Program-made: the position numbers and the translations under genes
Part shown: one piece after another, positions 11,343 through 24,279 of the stretch
How positions within the stretch are numbered: position 1 is the first letter of the stretch
Layout of the letters: each line of letters opens with the position of its first letter
Notes under the pieces: model-generated
Database searches by the model: none
What the model saw: only the letters and a program-made list of their open reading frames with translations
Told to the model about the DNA's origin: nothing
NCBI RefSeq assembly: GCF_006345805.1
Contig: NC_042997.1
Span: 212,474,001-212,538,000 of the forward strand
Length of the DNA stretch: 64,000 nt
Direction of reading: 5' to 3'
DNA from: Octopus sinensis
Taxonomy: Eukaryota

Positions 11343-11753
11343 TACTCTTACTCTTTTTTTACTCTTTTTACTTGTTTCTGTCATTTGACTGCGGCCATGC
11401 TGGAGCACCGCCTTTAGTCGGGACTTATTCTTTGTAAGCCCAGTACTTATTCTATCGGTCTTTTTTGCCGAACCGCTAAGTGACGGGGACGTAAACACAC
11501 CAGCATTGGTTGTCAAGCAATGCTAGGGAGACAAACACAGACACACAAACATATACACACACACACTTATATATATATATACATATATACGACAGGCTTC
11601 TTTCAGTTTCCGTCTACCAAATCCACTCACAAGGCATTGGTCGGCCCAGGGCTATAGCAGAAGACACTTGCCCAAGATACTGCGCAGTGGGACTGAACCC
11701 GGAACCATGTGGTTGGTTAGCAAGCTACTTACCACACAGCCACTCCTGCGCCT
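11343..11753 (-). mobile_element. tRNA-derived SINE family B, full length
   Basis: Head ggcgcaggagtggctgtgtggtaag...ggttccgggttcagtccc (A and B boxes), internal (TA)/(TG) tract, tail (gtaaaaga)n. Confidence 0.88.
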
Positions 11754-13348
11754 GTTGAGTTGATTTCTGAAATTTTTGTCCAACTGTAGTCGCATGTTAA
11801 ATTCATACTAGCCATTAATCATAAACTGCTACTCCTCCTGCAATATCTCCTCAGGTACAGTTTCCTTGTAAAATCAGTTCATTGTGAATTGCTTACCATC
11901 ATTGCTAGTTGAGCAAACTTGAAATCCTGCTCAGTGGCAATTCTAAACATTCATAACTATTTCTGTTTGTGCTTCACTCTGTGAATAGCCAAACAGTTTC
12001 TGTCACAGTGAAATGATCAATCATTGTTTACTTTTAGGTGTTGTTCACTGGAATTTATTGTTAATAATAATAATCACCGTCCGCTTTCCGTGCTGGCATC
12101 GGTTGGACAATTTGACTGAGGTCTGGCAAGCTAGATGGCTGCACCAGGCTCCAATCTGATCTGGCAGTTTCTACAGCTGGATACCCTTCCTAATGCCAAA
12201 CACTCCGAGAGTGTAGTGGGTGCTTTTACGTGCCCTGGCACAAGGACCAGTTAGGCGGTACTGGCAACGACTACACTCAAAAGGTGTTTTTTACGTGCCA
12301 CCTGCACAGGAGCCAGTCCAGTGGCACTGGCAACGATCACACTCGAATGGTTGGTTTTATGTGCCACCAGCAAGGGAGCCAGTCAGCAGCCCTGGCAACG
12401 ATTACGCTTGGATGATGCTTTTAACATTCCACTGGCGCAATAATGATAATACTTTCTTATTTTGTCACAAGGCCAGCAATTTTAAAGGAAGGGGTTAGTT
12501 GATTTTATCAACCCCAATGCTCAGCCTGCTTTTATTGTATTGACTCTGAAAAGATGAAAGGCAAAGACTTTGGTAGAATTTGAACTCAGAATGTAAAGAT
12601 GGACAAAATATATCTCAGTATTTGGTCCGGTGTACTAATGATTGTGCCAGCTTGCTGCCTTGGTTTCAAATTTTGACACTCTTAAAAAAACAAAAAATTC
12701 TCATGAGTTCCGTTCACATCCAAAGAAAAACAGTGTCAACTTGAAAATACTTGATTCTCTTAAAATTCTTTCAAAACTGAATTATTACAAATTTAACAGA
12801 ATCTTAATTCTCAGATTCTGGTGTCCTTCCCATGTAGTATATCACTGCTAATCATGAATAACACCCTTAATTCATTGCTATAAGAATGAATATATTTTGT
12901 ATATGACACACAGACCTGTCTGTGTGTCATACCTGAGTTTCTATTTAGAGTCACCATCATTTAATGTTCATTTTGCATGCTGGCATAAGGTGGACAGTGT
13001 GACAGCAACTGACAAGCCAGGTGGCTGTGCAAGGCTCCAGTTGTCTATTTTGGGGTGGTTTCTATGGCTGGATTTCCTTCCTAACACCAACCACTTTACA
13101 GAGTGTACTGGGTACTTTTCATGTGATCCCAGCATGGGGGCTTTGCTTTTTACATGGTACCAACATAGGTGTTTTTTATGTGGTACCAACACACGATGGC
13201 AGTTTGCATCATTCCCTCACATCAAACCTGCAATATCTGTCTACATATATATATATATGAGGAGAGTTTACGAAAAAAACAAAAGACGAAGTCAGGTGGT
13301 GTACAAAACAAACACATGTATTAGTATAACGCTCAGGAATAGAAAAAG

Positions 13349-13386
13349 TCTTTTACGTTTCGAGCCTACGCTCTTCTACAGAAAGA
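13349..13386 (-). ncRNA. Ultra-minimal hammerhead-like motif (CUGUAGA core, zero-loop ACGU stem III)
   Basis: UCUUU-CUGUAGA-A-GAGC GUAG GCUC-GAAAC GUA|AAAGA, inside a dispersed repeat (13257-13420) also present at 42298-42460. Confidence 0.55.
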
Positions 13387-13508
13387 TACACAGAAAAAAA
13401 ACAAGGAGAGAAAAAAAGGGATAAGATCGTTAATTTAAAATAAAATGAAATAACAATTTTATCAAGTGGCCAGCATGGAAAAAATAACCTTCAAAGGTAA
13501 TAATTATT

Positions 13509-13678
13509 AAAATTATAAATTAGGATATCTACGAGAAACCACCATGTTTAAAATAGCAGCCATGATCTGACTCTAAAGCCACCTTGCGATATGGACAATT
13601 AAGGTGGCCTTAGAGTCAGATCATGGCTGCTATTTTCAGCATGGTGGTATCTCGTAAGATACCTTAATTTATAATTTT
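13509..13678. repeat. Fold-back inverted repeat, arms of about 77 bp
   Basis: Arms 13509-13585 and 13601-13678; a single arm of the same family lies near 2690-2750. Confidence 0.88.
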
Positions 13679-13858
13679 ATATATATATTTGACCAATAAC
13701 CAGAAGTCACTCTCTGTTTCTCTCTCTCACACACATTTTTTCACCCCCCCCCTCTTTAGAAAAGTGTGTTGAGAATAACTGATGAAAGAGCAAAACTGAT
13801 TTTAGTGTTTGTAAGATTTGTTCACCAATCTAATTCTTAGCCAACAGGAACATGACAA

Positions 13859-14278
13859 GGCGGCGATCTGGCAGAGACGTTAGCGCGCCGGGCGAAATGC
13901 TTATCAATATTTCGTCTGTCGCTACGTTCTGAGTTCAAATTCCGCCGAGGTCAACTTTGCCTTTCATCCTTTCGGGGTCGATTAAATAAGTACCAGTTAC
14001 GCACTGGGGTTGATGTAATTGACTTAATCTGTTTGTCTGTCCTTGTTTGTCCCCTCTGTGTTTAGCCCCTTGTGGGTAGTAAAGAAATAGGTATTTCGTC
14101 TGCCGCTACGTTCTGAGTTCAAATTCTGCCGAGGTCAACTTTGCCTTTTATCCTTTCGGGGTCAATTAAATAAGTACCAGTTAAGCACTGGGGTCGATAT
14201 AATCGACTTAATCCATTTGTCTGTCCTTGTTTGTCCTCTCTGTGTTTAGCCCCTTGTGGGTAGTAAAGAAATAGAAAT
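13859..14278 (+). mobile_element. tRNA-derived SINE family A, dimeric copy with 13-bp target duplication
   Basis: A box (TGGCAGAGACGTTAGC), B box (GAGTTCAAATTCC), central gcctttcatcctttcggggtcgat..aagtaccag domain resembling the Deu/Nin SINE domain; body repeated twice; aggaacatgacaa at 13846-13858 and 14279-14291. Confidence 0.88.
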
Positions 14279-14469
14279 AGGAACATGACAAATGCCTGCT
14301 AGCTCCTGATATTTCATGTCACTTTAACATGTAGCCATGCATTCTGGCCATCATACAACTGCCGATATATAAGAGACCAATCTTGCAATGAAGCTAGTTT
14401 CTATATCCTTAATTACTCTTTCTATGTCTAAATCAATTTGCCTAATGAGATTTCTATTCTCTTTTCCAG

Positions 14470-14667
14470 GAATATAATTTCCTTGAAGTTAAAGACCGAC
14501 AATATCTGCTGAGTTTCTACAAAAATGCCGAGAAAAAACGCCTGGACGTGCACAAGTATAACCACTTACGAGATGCTATTTCTCAGGTGGAATACGATCT
14601 TCTTCGATTAAGGGATCCTCTTCAATTACAGCTGCCTATAGGTCACATACAGAGGCAAAAGTCCTGA
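14470..14667 (+). CDS. MCU: MCU terminal coding exon (C-terminal coiled coil) ending in TGA
   Basis: ttttccag acceptor ending at 14469, phase 0 matching the previous exon; reads EYNFLEVKDRQYLLSFYKNAEKKRLDVHKYNHLRDAISQVEYDLLRLRDPLQLQLPIGHIQRQKS*, closely resembling the metazoan MCU C-terminus (EY..PEARDRQYLL...LRDPLQ..LP). Missed by the ORF track because it has no start codon. Confidence 0.96.
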   Translation, partial: EYNFLEVKDRQYLLSFYKNAEKKRLDVHKYNHLRDAISQVEYDLLRLRDPLQLQLPIGHIQRQKS

Positions 14668-17600
14668 GATTGGCTCAGATTTCACAGCCCCTCACTGCGA
14701 CTAAGTGTTACTGTGTTATTGTTCATGGACTATTTCTACTACTTTGACTACTACTACTACTTCAAATACTACTACTACTACTACAACTACTACTACTACT
14801 ACTTATGGTGTTGGCCACCGCAGTTGCGATGCACTATGACTTTGCTTCAACTAATTCATTCATTTGTGGTACTTTTACTCAACCTTTTATAGTAAACATC
14901 TTTGTATATTAACTGTAGCATCTTGTTGCCAATTGTTAACCTCAATCACAGAAATATCTTCTTATTTTGTTACTAATATCTACAATCTTGATTGGTCAGA
15001 ATTAAATAATAATAATAATGATAATAATAATGATAACATGGAAACGTGAAAAAGTGAAGCTTTTTATAAAGGAACAAAACAACAAAAAAAAGCGTTAAAG
15101 AAACCGTAAAACTCTCTCTCGCCTGTCATTGGTTCAAACAAATCTCTCCAGTCTCCAAGATTGTTGAGATGAATTTGCATTGCTTTATGATTAACAACTT
15201 AAACTGTTTTATTGTAAGTCTTTTATTTGTTTTTATTGTATTCTTGATTTTTTTTTCTTTTGTTTAAGAAAAAGATGTTTACATGACTGAAGTGTTTTGT
15301 TAACAGACCTCTTTGAACTGAAATCCACCCTTTCAAATAGTTTACTCATAATAATTAAATGGGTGGCTAAGACACTTAAAACACCAATTTAGACATTAAG
15401 GGGTTTTTTTTCTTTTTTTTTTCTTCCATTTTCCATTTACTTTCAACCAAAACAAACAGCGGTGTGTTTCTGCTAGATCAATGTATAATTAAAACAATAT
15501 ACCCTATTTAATTTGACCCCCATCTTAATTAGTGATTTTCTTAACGAAAAGTCTCTTCTTTGGCTTTCCTGCTTCTTTATTTCTTTCTTCCAAAATCCTA
15601 TATTCTTCACAGTATATTTATAGCTAAAACTCTACAGTATTTTCTGCACTTTAGATCATTTAATTAAAGCATTTAATTAAAAGAAATCTTGGAAATATTA
15701 AGCTATCAAATTTGTTGTTGATGTTTGAAATCTTATATTTCATTTCATTTAACATCCAACTGACTCTAAACCCTAACTTCTTTAATCTTCAATTGCTCAC
15801 CTAATATAGTTTGGGGCCCCCAAAACAATCTATAACATTGTTATTGGTAAATGTTCATCAATAATCCACATTAATTACGAAATATCAATAGGAGAGTGTA
15901 TTACAATACACTTGGCCCTGCTTATGAAAAATGGCTTCTTTTAAACAACAACTTGTGCAGAATTGACATTGAATCTCAAATATATTTGCTGCTGAAGGTT
16001 TAAAAATGAAACAAAATTTAGTTTTGTTGATGTTAAAGCATATAATTAGTGAATCTCATTTAATTAGTATTGGCAGTGGAAGTAGTGATTGTCTGGCTAG
16101 ACATTTACTTTTGGATTCTCCTCTATAATATCAGAGCAATTCATCCGCAAATGCTTCTGCAAACCCACTGATGGTTCCATAGAGATTATTCTGGGTGATT
16201 CTAGAAAAAAAGTAATCATTTCCTAGCCTCAACCCATCTCTCTCTCAGCCTTCCTACATATCTATGTCTGTTTATGTATTTATCTATCCATATATATATA
16301 TATATATCTTTGTGATTACACCTTTATCCACATACTTATCTCTCCATCCATCTATCTATCCATCTCTCTCTCTCACTCTCTCCCCAAAACTATAAAATTC
16401 TTTCATGACAATGTTTCTTCCACAAATCACTCTTTGCTCCCTATTGTGATTTCTCCCCTCAATCTTACTCTGAAAATTCCTTCTTAAAATGATAAAAGTT
16501 TTGTCTTTCTGATAAAGTCCATTGTGATACTAAAACTATTATTATTCCATTTGAAAATGGTCGTCGTCTTTCTCAGCACAAATTCCTTAAATTTTGATTG
16601 CAGTTCTTTTACTGTCTCTAAATCTAGCCTACTTTTGTTTTAAAAACTGATATTGTACAGCATGTTCTCCCACCCGACTATTACTCAGTTTCTCAAATAT
16701 GATTTGTCAAAACAAATGGATATTTTTTCTCCCTTTCAGTGTTTCTGATATCTATAGAAATATTCCCTTCCTGGGACTTTCTACAGATCAATTTTCATTT
16801 TCAAGTACACTTGGGAAAAAGTGTGAAAGCAACTGTGTGGTGTGTGTATATAATCCATATCAACATGGAAAGCAGACATAAAATGAGGATTACTATATAT
16901 ATATCTTTGCTAATGATATATGGATGGATAGATAACCAGTGTCCATGAAACAGAGAAACCATTTTCAGGTCCATCAAGTCACTGGAGATCTCCATTTCAA
17001 GAGTTTTGTATTAAGATGGTGACATTTCTTGAAGACTGAAAAGTAATCTCTTCTATTGTGGAGATATTCCTCATTAAACAACCAGAGCAATCACCCATGA
17101 AACTGTCTTTTCAAATAAATGCTTAAATTTCACATCCTAAACTCTACCTTTTCAATCATTTGGATACTTATTGGAATCCTTGAAGGATAAGCCAATCATT
17201 GAACTCCTGACTTGGAAATAGTTCCAGATTTATTTTTGGTGACTACTGACTCTGGCTCTGTCAGTTTGACTCTGGCTCTGTCAGTTTGACTTGTTCCTTC
17301 TTTTGATTAGAAACCTTGCAGTTTCACTATTTTCAGGAAAGGATTCCCTGCTTTTTTTTTAGTTTGCCTTCTTTTGGCAAACTGGAAGTCAAATATTTTA
17401 AGGGTTAAGGAAAATTAAGAAGTGTATTCCTTTGAAAAATGAATAACAGCAGCAGCAGCTTGTTTGTGTGTGTAGAATTGGTCGCGGCCAGAAACTGAAA
17501 TGAAATCATTGATTTTATACACGATGAGTTTACCTCAACCATCTTCTACTTGCTGCCCCAGAGAGACACACACACATGCATGCACACACATCCTTCGCTG

Positions 17601-19660
17601 TGTGAATGTCATCTAAATGCCACATAAATGTTTGTACTTATGTATAATCTTCTTTACACTGGAACAAATTGATATGATTAAGGCTTGAAGAGAATGAACA
17701 AAATATCATATACCTGTGCATCTAACCTTATTCTTCTTGCTGCCTCCCATAGTTTTTATTATCTTTTAACTCTTAATGCCTCCCATAGATTGTATCCTTT
17801 AACTTTTATCGCCTTCCATAGTTTTTCATCTTTTAACCCTTATTGCCTCCCATACATCTTTTATCTCTCTTAACTGCTTTTCAGTCTTTCCTTTACTGCC
17901 ATCTTTTGCTTTTTGGATTATCTGAATATGTCCAACTAAAATATGCTTTCAACACACCTGTATTCAATTCTGATGTGACTATGTGTGTATATGTATATAT
18001 TCACACTCACACATGCATAAGTATGTGTTTGTGTGTATATATGTATGTATATGAACGTACAGACACATGCAAAGTTGTACAGATTTTAAGGCTGGTTATT
18101 CAATATCAAAACAGCTTCGATTTATTTTGCATTTTTGTTTTTATTTTGCATTTTCGTTCTTATTTTTTTTGTTTGTTTGTTTATAAGCTACATTTTCATT
18201 GCCAAATGCTGATAAAAATTATACACCCAATGATATTATTTTGTAGATATCTTTTGGATGACAACAACAACAACTCATTTCTGTGCCATGTGTGTTTCCC
18301 AGTGGCAAATTTGTGAAATAAAACATGGCAACTTTGTTTTAAAGAACAAAAATAAAGCATAAAACATTTTGACCATTTCTGTTCACCTGAATTTCTTATA
18401 TTGATCAGTTTTTACCCAATCATATGAGTAAAGATTGATGTCTTCCTTCAATTTTATTTCTCCATCCCTCCTCACTCACCTTCTCATTTACTTAGATATT
18501 TCTCTATAATCCTCTGTAATCCAATTTATAGATTACTCTATACAAATTAAGTTCTTATAAATCTACAATTATTAAAATTATAATATTTCAGTTAAACAAT
18601 TATCTTAATCTATATGGATATTTTTTTCCCTCCTCAACTCTTCTAACATTATATTAAGTCCTTCTGCACTTTAATATACATATTACATTGACTCACTGAT
18701 TCGAAAAGCTGGCCAACACTTTCATTATATATTTATATAATCTTAAAATGAAGCTTCATGAAAAGAGTCAAAGACTTGGGTTTTCTTCTTAAAAAAGAGA
18801 AAAAAACCTCAGTAAATGTTTCAAGGTCTTGTTGAAACCACTGGAAACTCTAACCCCATGTAAAGCAGATCAAATTATTGAATCTTGCATTCTAAATTTA
18901 TGCCATCCCTTTGGAGTATATGGCTGAGTGATAACGAGTGGATGTCAGTGTGTGTGTTTGGATTTTTAACCTTTTACACCTTTGATTTTGGTGAAAAATC
19001 TACATCCGGAAACCTGTGTTTCTTAATAAATTACTTCTCTGTCAGTTTAAAATACCTTTTTTTTTTCCTTTTTTTTTTTTTTACAAAATGTCCTGGACAA
19101 ACAGTTGTTGACGCCAGATTTTAGAGAAGGGGGAAAAAGCCATTTTTCATCTGGGGTTTAACTTTGTTGGAAAGCTGACTGGAATTAACCCAAGGCAGCT
19201 GGTTCCATAATAAAAGGGTGGGTAATACTGACTGTTGAGGTGATTGTGAAAGCTGCTGAGCTAATAAACTCCAGCTTTTCACTAAAATATTCACCCAATT
19301 GTTGTTTACTAATGTTTATAATAATTGTCAATACAAATGAACAAAAAAAAAATTGCTTTTTCTTTTTGATTTAAGTATCTTTTTTTCTTTTTTTTTTCTT
19401 CTTTGTTTTAAATTTACTCTACCTGCCAAGGTTGTTGGGTAGAATAATAAATGAAATGATGGAAAACATGAAAATGTTATAGGTTTCAAATATCTCTTGT
19501 TATCTAGCTACCAAAGTTTATATTGTTACAAGCTTCAAAATCAAAGAATTCAAACCCTTTTCCATAACATCATCTCTGCTAATTTACCAACTTCGTTTCT
19601 TTTTTTTTTTTAATTTCAATATTCTTTATTATGAAGCTTAAAATAAAGATCTGGTGATAT
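14668..19660 (+). other. Probable long MCU 3' UTR (end point uncertain)
   Basis: About 5 kb after the stop codon with none of the SINE/RTE families that pepper the rest of the window; U-rich tracts; AATAAA at 18317, 18351, 19025, 19263, 19446 and 19642. The actual poly(A) site cannot be determined from sequence. Confidence 0.35.
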
Positions 19661-20049
19661 ATATATATATGTCTATGAAGTAAGGTGTTGCAAACATCTT
19701 TCTCTTACAATAACGTCCATTTTAGCACTGCCATTAACCAAGAAAATGTTTCCAATCAACCAATTAATGGTTAGGATACCAATTATCATCAACCCAGCTA
19801 CTTTGATACAGTTTCGGTAAGTATCTAAGCTTCTGGATTTCTGATTAGTCTTTATCCCTTCTGTTAGTGTGCATATGTGTATATATAAAATGTGGTTAGT
19901 CAAAAGAATTTTCTTCTAACTAACCTTATTACAAATATACTATTCTGTACACTATGGAAAATGTTTTATTCCTCCTATACATATATATTGGTAAAAACGA
20001 TAAGATAACAAAAGAAAGAAAGAGACCTCAATATTATGTAAATAGAGGA

Positions 20050-20251
20050 ATTTATCTGTAAATGTAATATGTGACAATTATTCGGTAGCCAAGATAAAAC
20101 TCTGAGTTTCATATGCCGAGGTGGAAATCCACAGCGTTTTTCAGATGGCCAGATAACCGAAGAGATGGTGGTGTGGATTTCCACCTCAGCATACGAAACT
20201 CAGAGTTTTATCTTGGCTACCGAATAATTGTCACATATCTTACAGATAAAT
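20050..20251. repeat. Fold-back inverted repeat, arms of about 82 bp, overlapping a hammerhead motif
   Basis: Arms 20050-20133 and 20172-20251 are reverse complements; (TA)n follows. Confidence 0.9.
20148..20217 (+). ncRNA. Hammerhead motif, CCGAAGA core variant
   Basis: GCCAGAUAA-CCGAAGA-GAUGGUGG...CCAC..CAUAC-GAAAC-UCAGA-GUU|UUAUCU(U)GGC: stem I AGAUAA/UUAUCU, G10.1-C11.1 pair present. Confidence 0.65.
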
Positions 20252-20893
20252 ATATATATATACACACACACATATATATATATATACACACACATAAATT
20301 TATATATGTGTGTGGGATATATGTATATATTTGTGTATGTATGTAAACGGAGGTTTATATATACATGGGGATAAACACACATACACATGTGCACACGTGT
20401 GTGTGTGTGTGTGTGTGTGTTATAATTACTTTTGAGTGAGACTTCAAATTTCACCTAATGCTGGTAAACCACAAGTCTCAGTCAAAACTAATTTAATAAG
20501 AAATTTGACTCTACATTTCGTATTGAGTCTCAACCCCACCCCCTCACAACTCAGTAAAAGTTCTGTTGTTATTCCTAAATGTATACATATATATGCATAT
20601 GTGTATATTTATGTATATGTTTGTATATATATTGTGTGTGTATATCTCGTTAGTTCCTGTGTACATTTCAATACATTGCATTAATTTGGAACTCAACATC
20701 AAAAGTTTCAAGTGTCTTTGCAAATGCATTTGGGTGCCTAATTGCAACAGATCTTTAGGGGAATGCAAGAAAGGGATCTTCTGATAATCCAAAGGCTCAT
20801 CGAACAACCAAGGCTCCGTTTCAGTTCCTTGCAATGTTGAGACTGATGTAGGAACTCAATAACTGACACTTGTGTTTATCTAAGTTCTCCCAC

Positions 20894-20948
<55 letters not shown>

Positions 20949-21337
20949 AGATGCGGGCATAGCTGTGTGGTTAGGGAGCTTGCTTCCTAGCTACATGGTT
21001 TCGGGTTCAATCCCACTGCGTGGCACTTTGGGTAGGTGTCTTCCACTATAGCCCCGAGCCAACCGGAGCTTTGTGATTGAATTCGGTAGGTGGAAGTTAC
21101 TGCCGTGTGTGTATGTGTGCGTATAGCTGCTCAGTGCCTCTCCGAAAGAGAGAGAGGGATGTGTGTGAGTGTGTATATATGCATATACACTTTATATACC
21201 TTAACTAGTAATACTACTAAGTACAGTGGTAGACTAATCTTGATACTGGAAGATGACCGGATAATGATACTCCACCTCATATTACAGCAGTAGTCATGCA
21301 TCTAACTGTGCACTCAAGATGTGTATATGTGTGTGAG

Positions 21338-21401
<64 letters not shown>

Positions 21402-23186
21402 CATGTTTTCACCTGTCTGTGTTTTTTGTATGTTTTTGGACCATATGTGTTTATGTATATATGTCTGTATTTATATGTATATACATATATGTATACATCT
21501 ATCTATATATAATGATGATGTTCATTAGTTCTTCCTTTGTGGCTGTGTGTCACTGTTGTTCAGGGAGTGGGATTAATTGTGTATAAGCCTTCTCCTCACT
21601 TTAAAAAGCACCATACATTGGTATCGTTTGGCATTAAGCGATAGCTATGTTCAAGAACAAGGAAGTAGCCATCATCTTTATATGTATGTGATGATATATG
21701 ATTATATACATGTTTGTGTGTGGGTAATATATATATATATGTATATATACACACATACGTACATATGGAAATGTGTGTGTGTGCATGCAGATATATTTCT
21801 GGCTATATGTATACATATATGTGAAAGGTATATGCATTTCTGAAATAATACTCTTTTCCTTCTCACTAAGAGCCCCTAGCCTTCCTTGGACATGGCCAGA
21901 CCAACTTGGCAGCTAATTACTGCAGCAGAGAAACTTCACCAGAAATTATTAATAGGAATGGACAGAATTTGTAACTTAACTTCTTCAATGTTACATCATG
22001 ACTCACCTTGTGTGTGTGTGTGTGTGGGTGGGTGTATAAGCATTTGTGCTGTACATGTGCGCGTGTGCATGTGTGTATGCCTACGAGAATGTGTGCATGT
22101 GTATGCAATACATTTATACAAAACTACAACTGAGCAAAGCCCAAGACATATCGTTGAAATATAAGGTACATTAATATTCCTTTGGTTTTATTTTCACTTT
22201 TAATATGGAATCTCTTATTTTCGAAACCTTATTTTGTATTAAATTACTGTTTTAACTTGTTTTTTTTTTTTTTATTTTTTATTAAAGTTTGCTATAAGAT
22301 CTAAAAATCAATACAAATTTATAAACTTACCCACTTTTCTATGGTTATTCTCATTTAGAATATAAACCATTGAAAATAAAAGTTGGCCAGTTTATTAAGG
22401 ATTTTTGTTTAAAATTAATTATAATCATTGAACTTTTAGTTTAAGTGCTTTCTTTTATTTTGGATGTTGATTACGATCCACATTTTGTATCCTGTTCTTA
22501 TACAATAAAAGCAATATTTGTTGAAATTCATAATCGGTCTTATTTGTTATGACTGCAAATTTTTAATTGAAGAAAGAATTGGATACAATTTGAATGACCT
22601 TCATTAAACCACATGTCTTTTGTTTTCTTTTTTTAATCTCTAACTCACCCTGGTTTGACTAGAATTTTGGTCTGTCCTAGCATTTATCTTGCTTTGTGTA
22701 GGTCCACTCATTGATGCCACCATAATATTGCTCCAGTCAAGTCTGTTCTGTATTAAATTATTGTCACAAGTACATCCTTTGAGGACCCATCTCCCACTAG
22801 AATCTGGAATGGAATTTGAGCTCAAAGCACAAAAGGTCAGACCAGATATTGGGAAGATTTCATTCAACAACTCCACCTATCTATTATACTGGGCCAATAT
22901 TTTAGTGACCCAAAACAAAGTAACGTTGACTTAAGCAAAACTTGAACTCAGAGGACAAGAACAAACTACGTAAGACATTTTATCTAATGTTCTAACGAGT
23001 CATCCAATTATCCATTTTCATTCATCTCATTAAAATTATGGTGCTTATTTGGTATATTCCGCACCTCTCTCGTCTTACAACATTCTACATTAAATAAAGA
23101 TGATGGTTTCAAATTTTGACACAAGGCCAGCAAATTTAGGGCAACAGGTAAGTTGATTACATCAACCTCAGAGGCACCTTGAGCAA

Positions 23187-23600
23187 GTGTCATCTACCCA
23201 TAAAATTATTAACCATCTTACAAACAATAACTCTGGGCACCTTTTCAAACGCCACCTGTCTAACACCTGTGGATATGTTTACAAAGTTAGAAAACAGCAC
23301 AGCTCCCATGACTTTCGAAAACATTTTTTCACACTAAGAGTTGCTGAAGTATGGAACAAACTGCCGGCATCAGTTGTTAGTTGTCGGAGCACTGCATCCT
23401 TCAAAACTTCCATGCTTCCTGAGATTCGCCAACACTACACCTGATTTTCTTCCCTCGATACACACGCAAGCATGTATCTGACTCATACACTGTTCACTTC
23501 TTAGACATTTGTACATTACTGCATATGCTTTATACGCACTTTTGACAATTTGTGGTGCACCTGAGCACTGTATACAATAATTTCTTTATTATTATTATTA
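23187..23600 (+). mobile_element. CR1/L2-like LINE 3' end
   Basis: TCGYVYKVRKQHSSHDFRKHFFTLRVAEVWNKLPASVV (RxxFFxxRVxxxWNxLP motif) followed by a (TTA)n tail at about 23585-23600. Confidence 0.8.
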
Positions 23601-24279
23601 TATTTACTATAGCCTCAGGCCAACCAAAGCCTTGAGAGTGGATTTGGTAAACAGAAACTATGTCTGTCCCCCACTACTACTTGAGGTGTGTTTATGTCCC
23701 CATAACTTAGTGGTTTGGCCAAAGTGACCAATAGAACAAGTACCTGGCTTAAAAAAGAAAAAAACTAGAGTTGATTCAACTAAAATCCTGCAAGGCTCCC
23801 GCATGGCCACAATCTAGTGACAGAAACAAAAGAATTAACAGGTTTAAAAAATCTCCATCTATTTACTCTAGAATCTGTCTGAGGAATGTACCTCACTTGA
23901 ACTCTGCTGCATTAGTTCTATAACAAAATGTTTCAAAACTAAAATGTAGAATTTGGATTTGACAATACTCTGAATGCTAACCTATTCATTTTTAAATAGG
24001 GAAAATTTTTAAATGGGGAAAATATTTTCTTAGATAGTATAATGCCAGCAGTTCTAAGCAAAAGTTACAGTAAACACTTTGAAATACTAAAATAGATATT
24101 ACAACTGCAGTTTTACTGTTATTCTTTAATTGCAAAGAACACCAGTGTCGCTTAGATTCAGGACTGAGAATTTTATTATTTCTTTCATTTTAATGTTCTG
24201 TTGAATTAAATGATATTTAATAAGGTCAGATTAATGAATATTTTGTTTATTAAGCAGAAGAATTTAATTAGATACTTGG

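Noticed and set aside
14581-14592. CAG|GTG inside the last MCU exon, at a position where I recall vertebrate MCU having an intron
   Set aside because: The reading frame is continuous and homologous on both sides, and GTGGAA is a poor donor. An intron gain/loss claim would need alignments I cannot run.
14665-14893. Open frame continuing past the MCU TGA, giving a poly-Tyr extension
   Set aside because: Stop context is TGA-G, not the usual readthrough TGA-CTA; the frame stays open because of a (TAC)n repeat.
19780-19860. Minus-strand GAAAC-U-GUA with a downstream UUGAUGA (possible type-II topology)
   Set aside because: Stem I and stem II cannot be paired convincingly.
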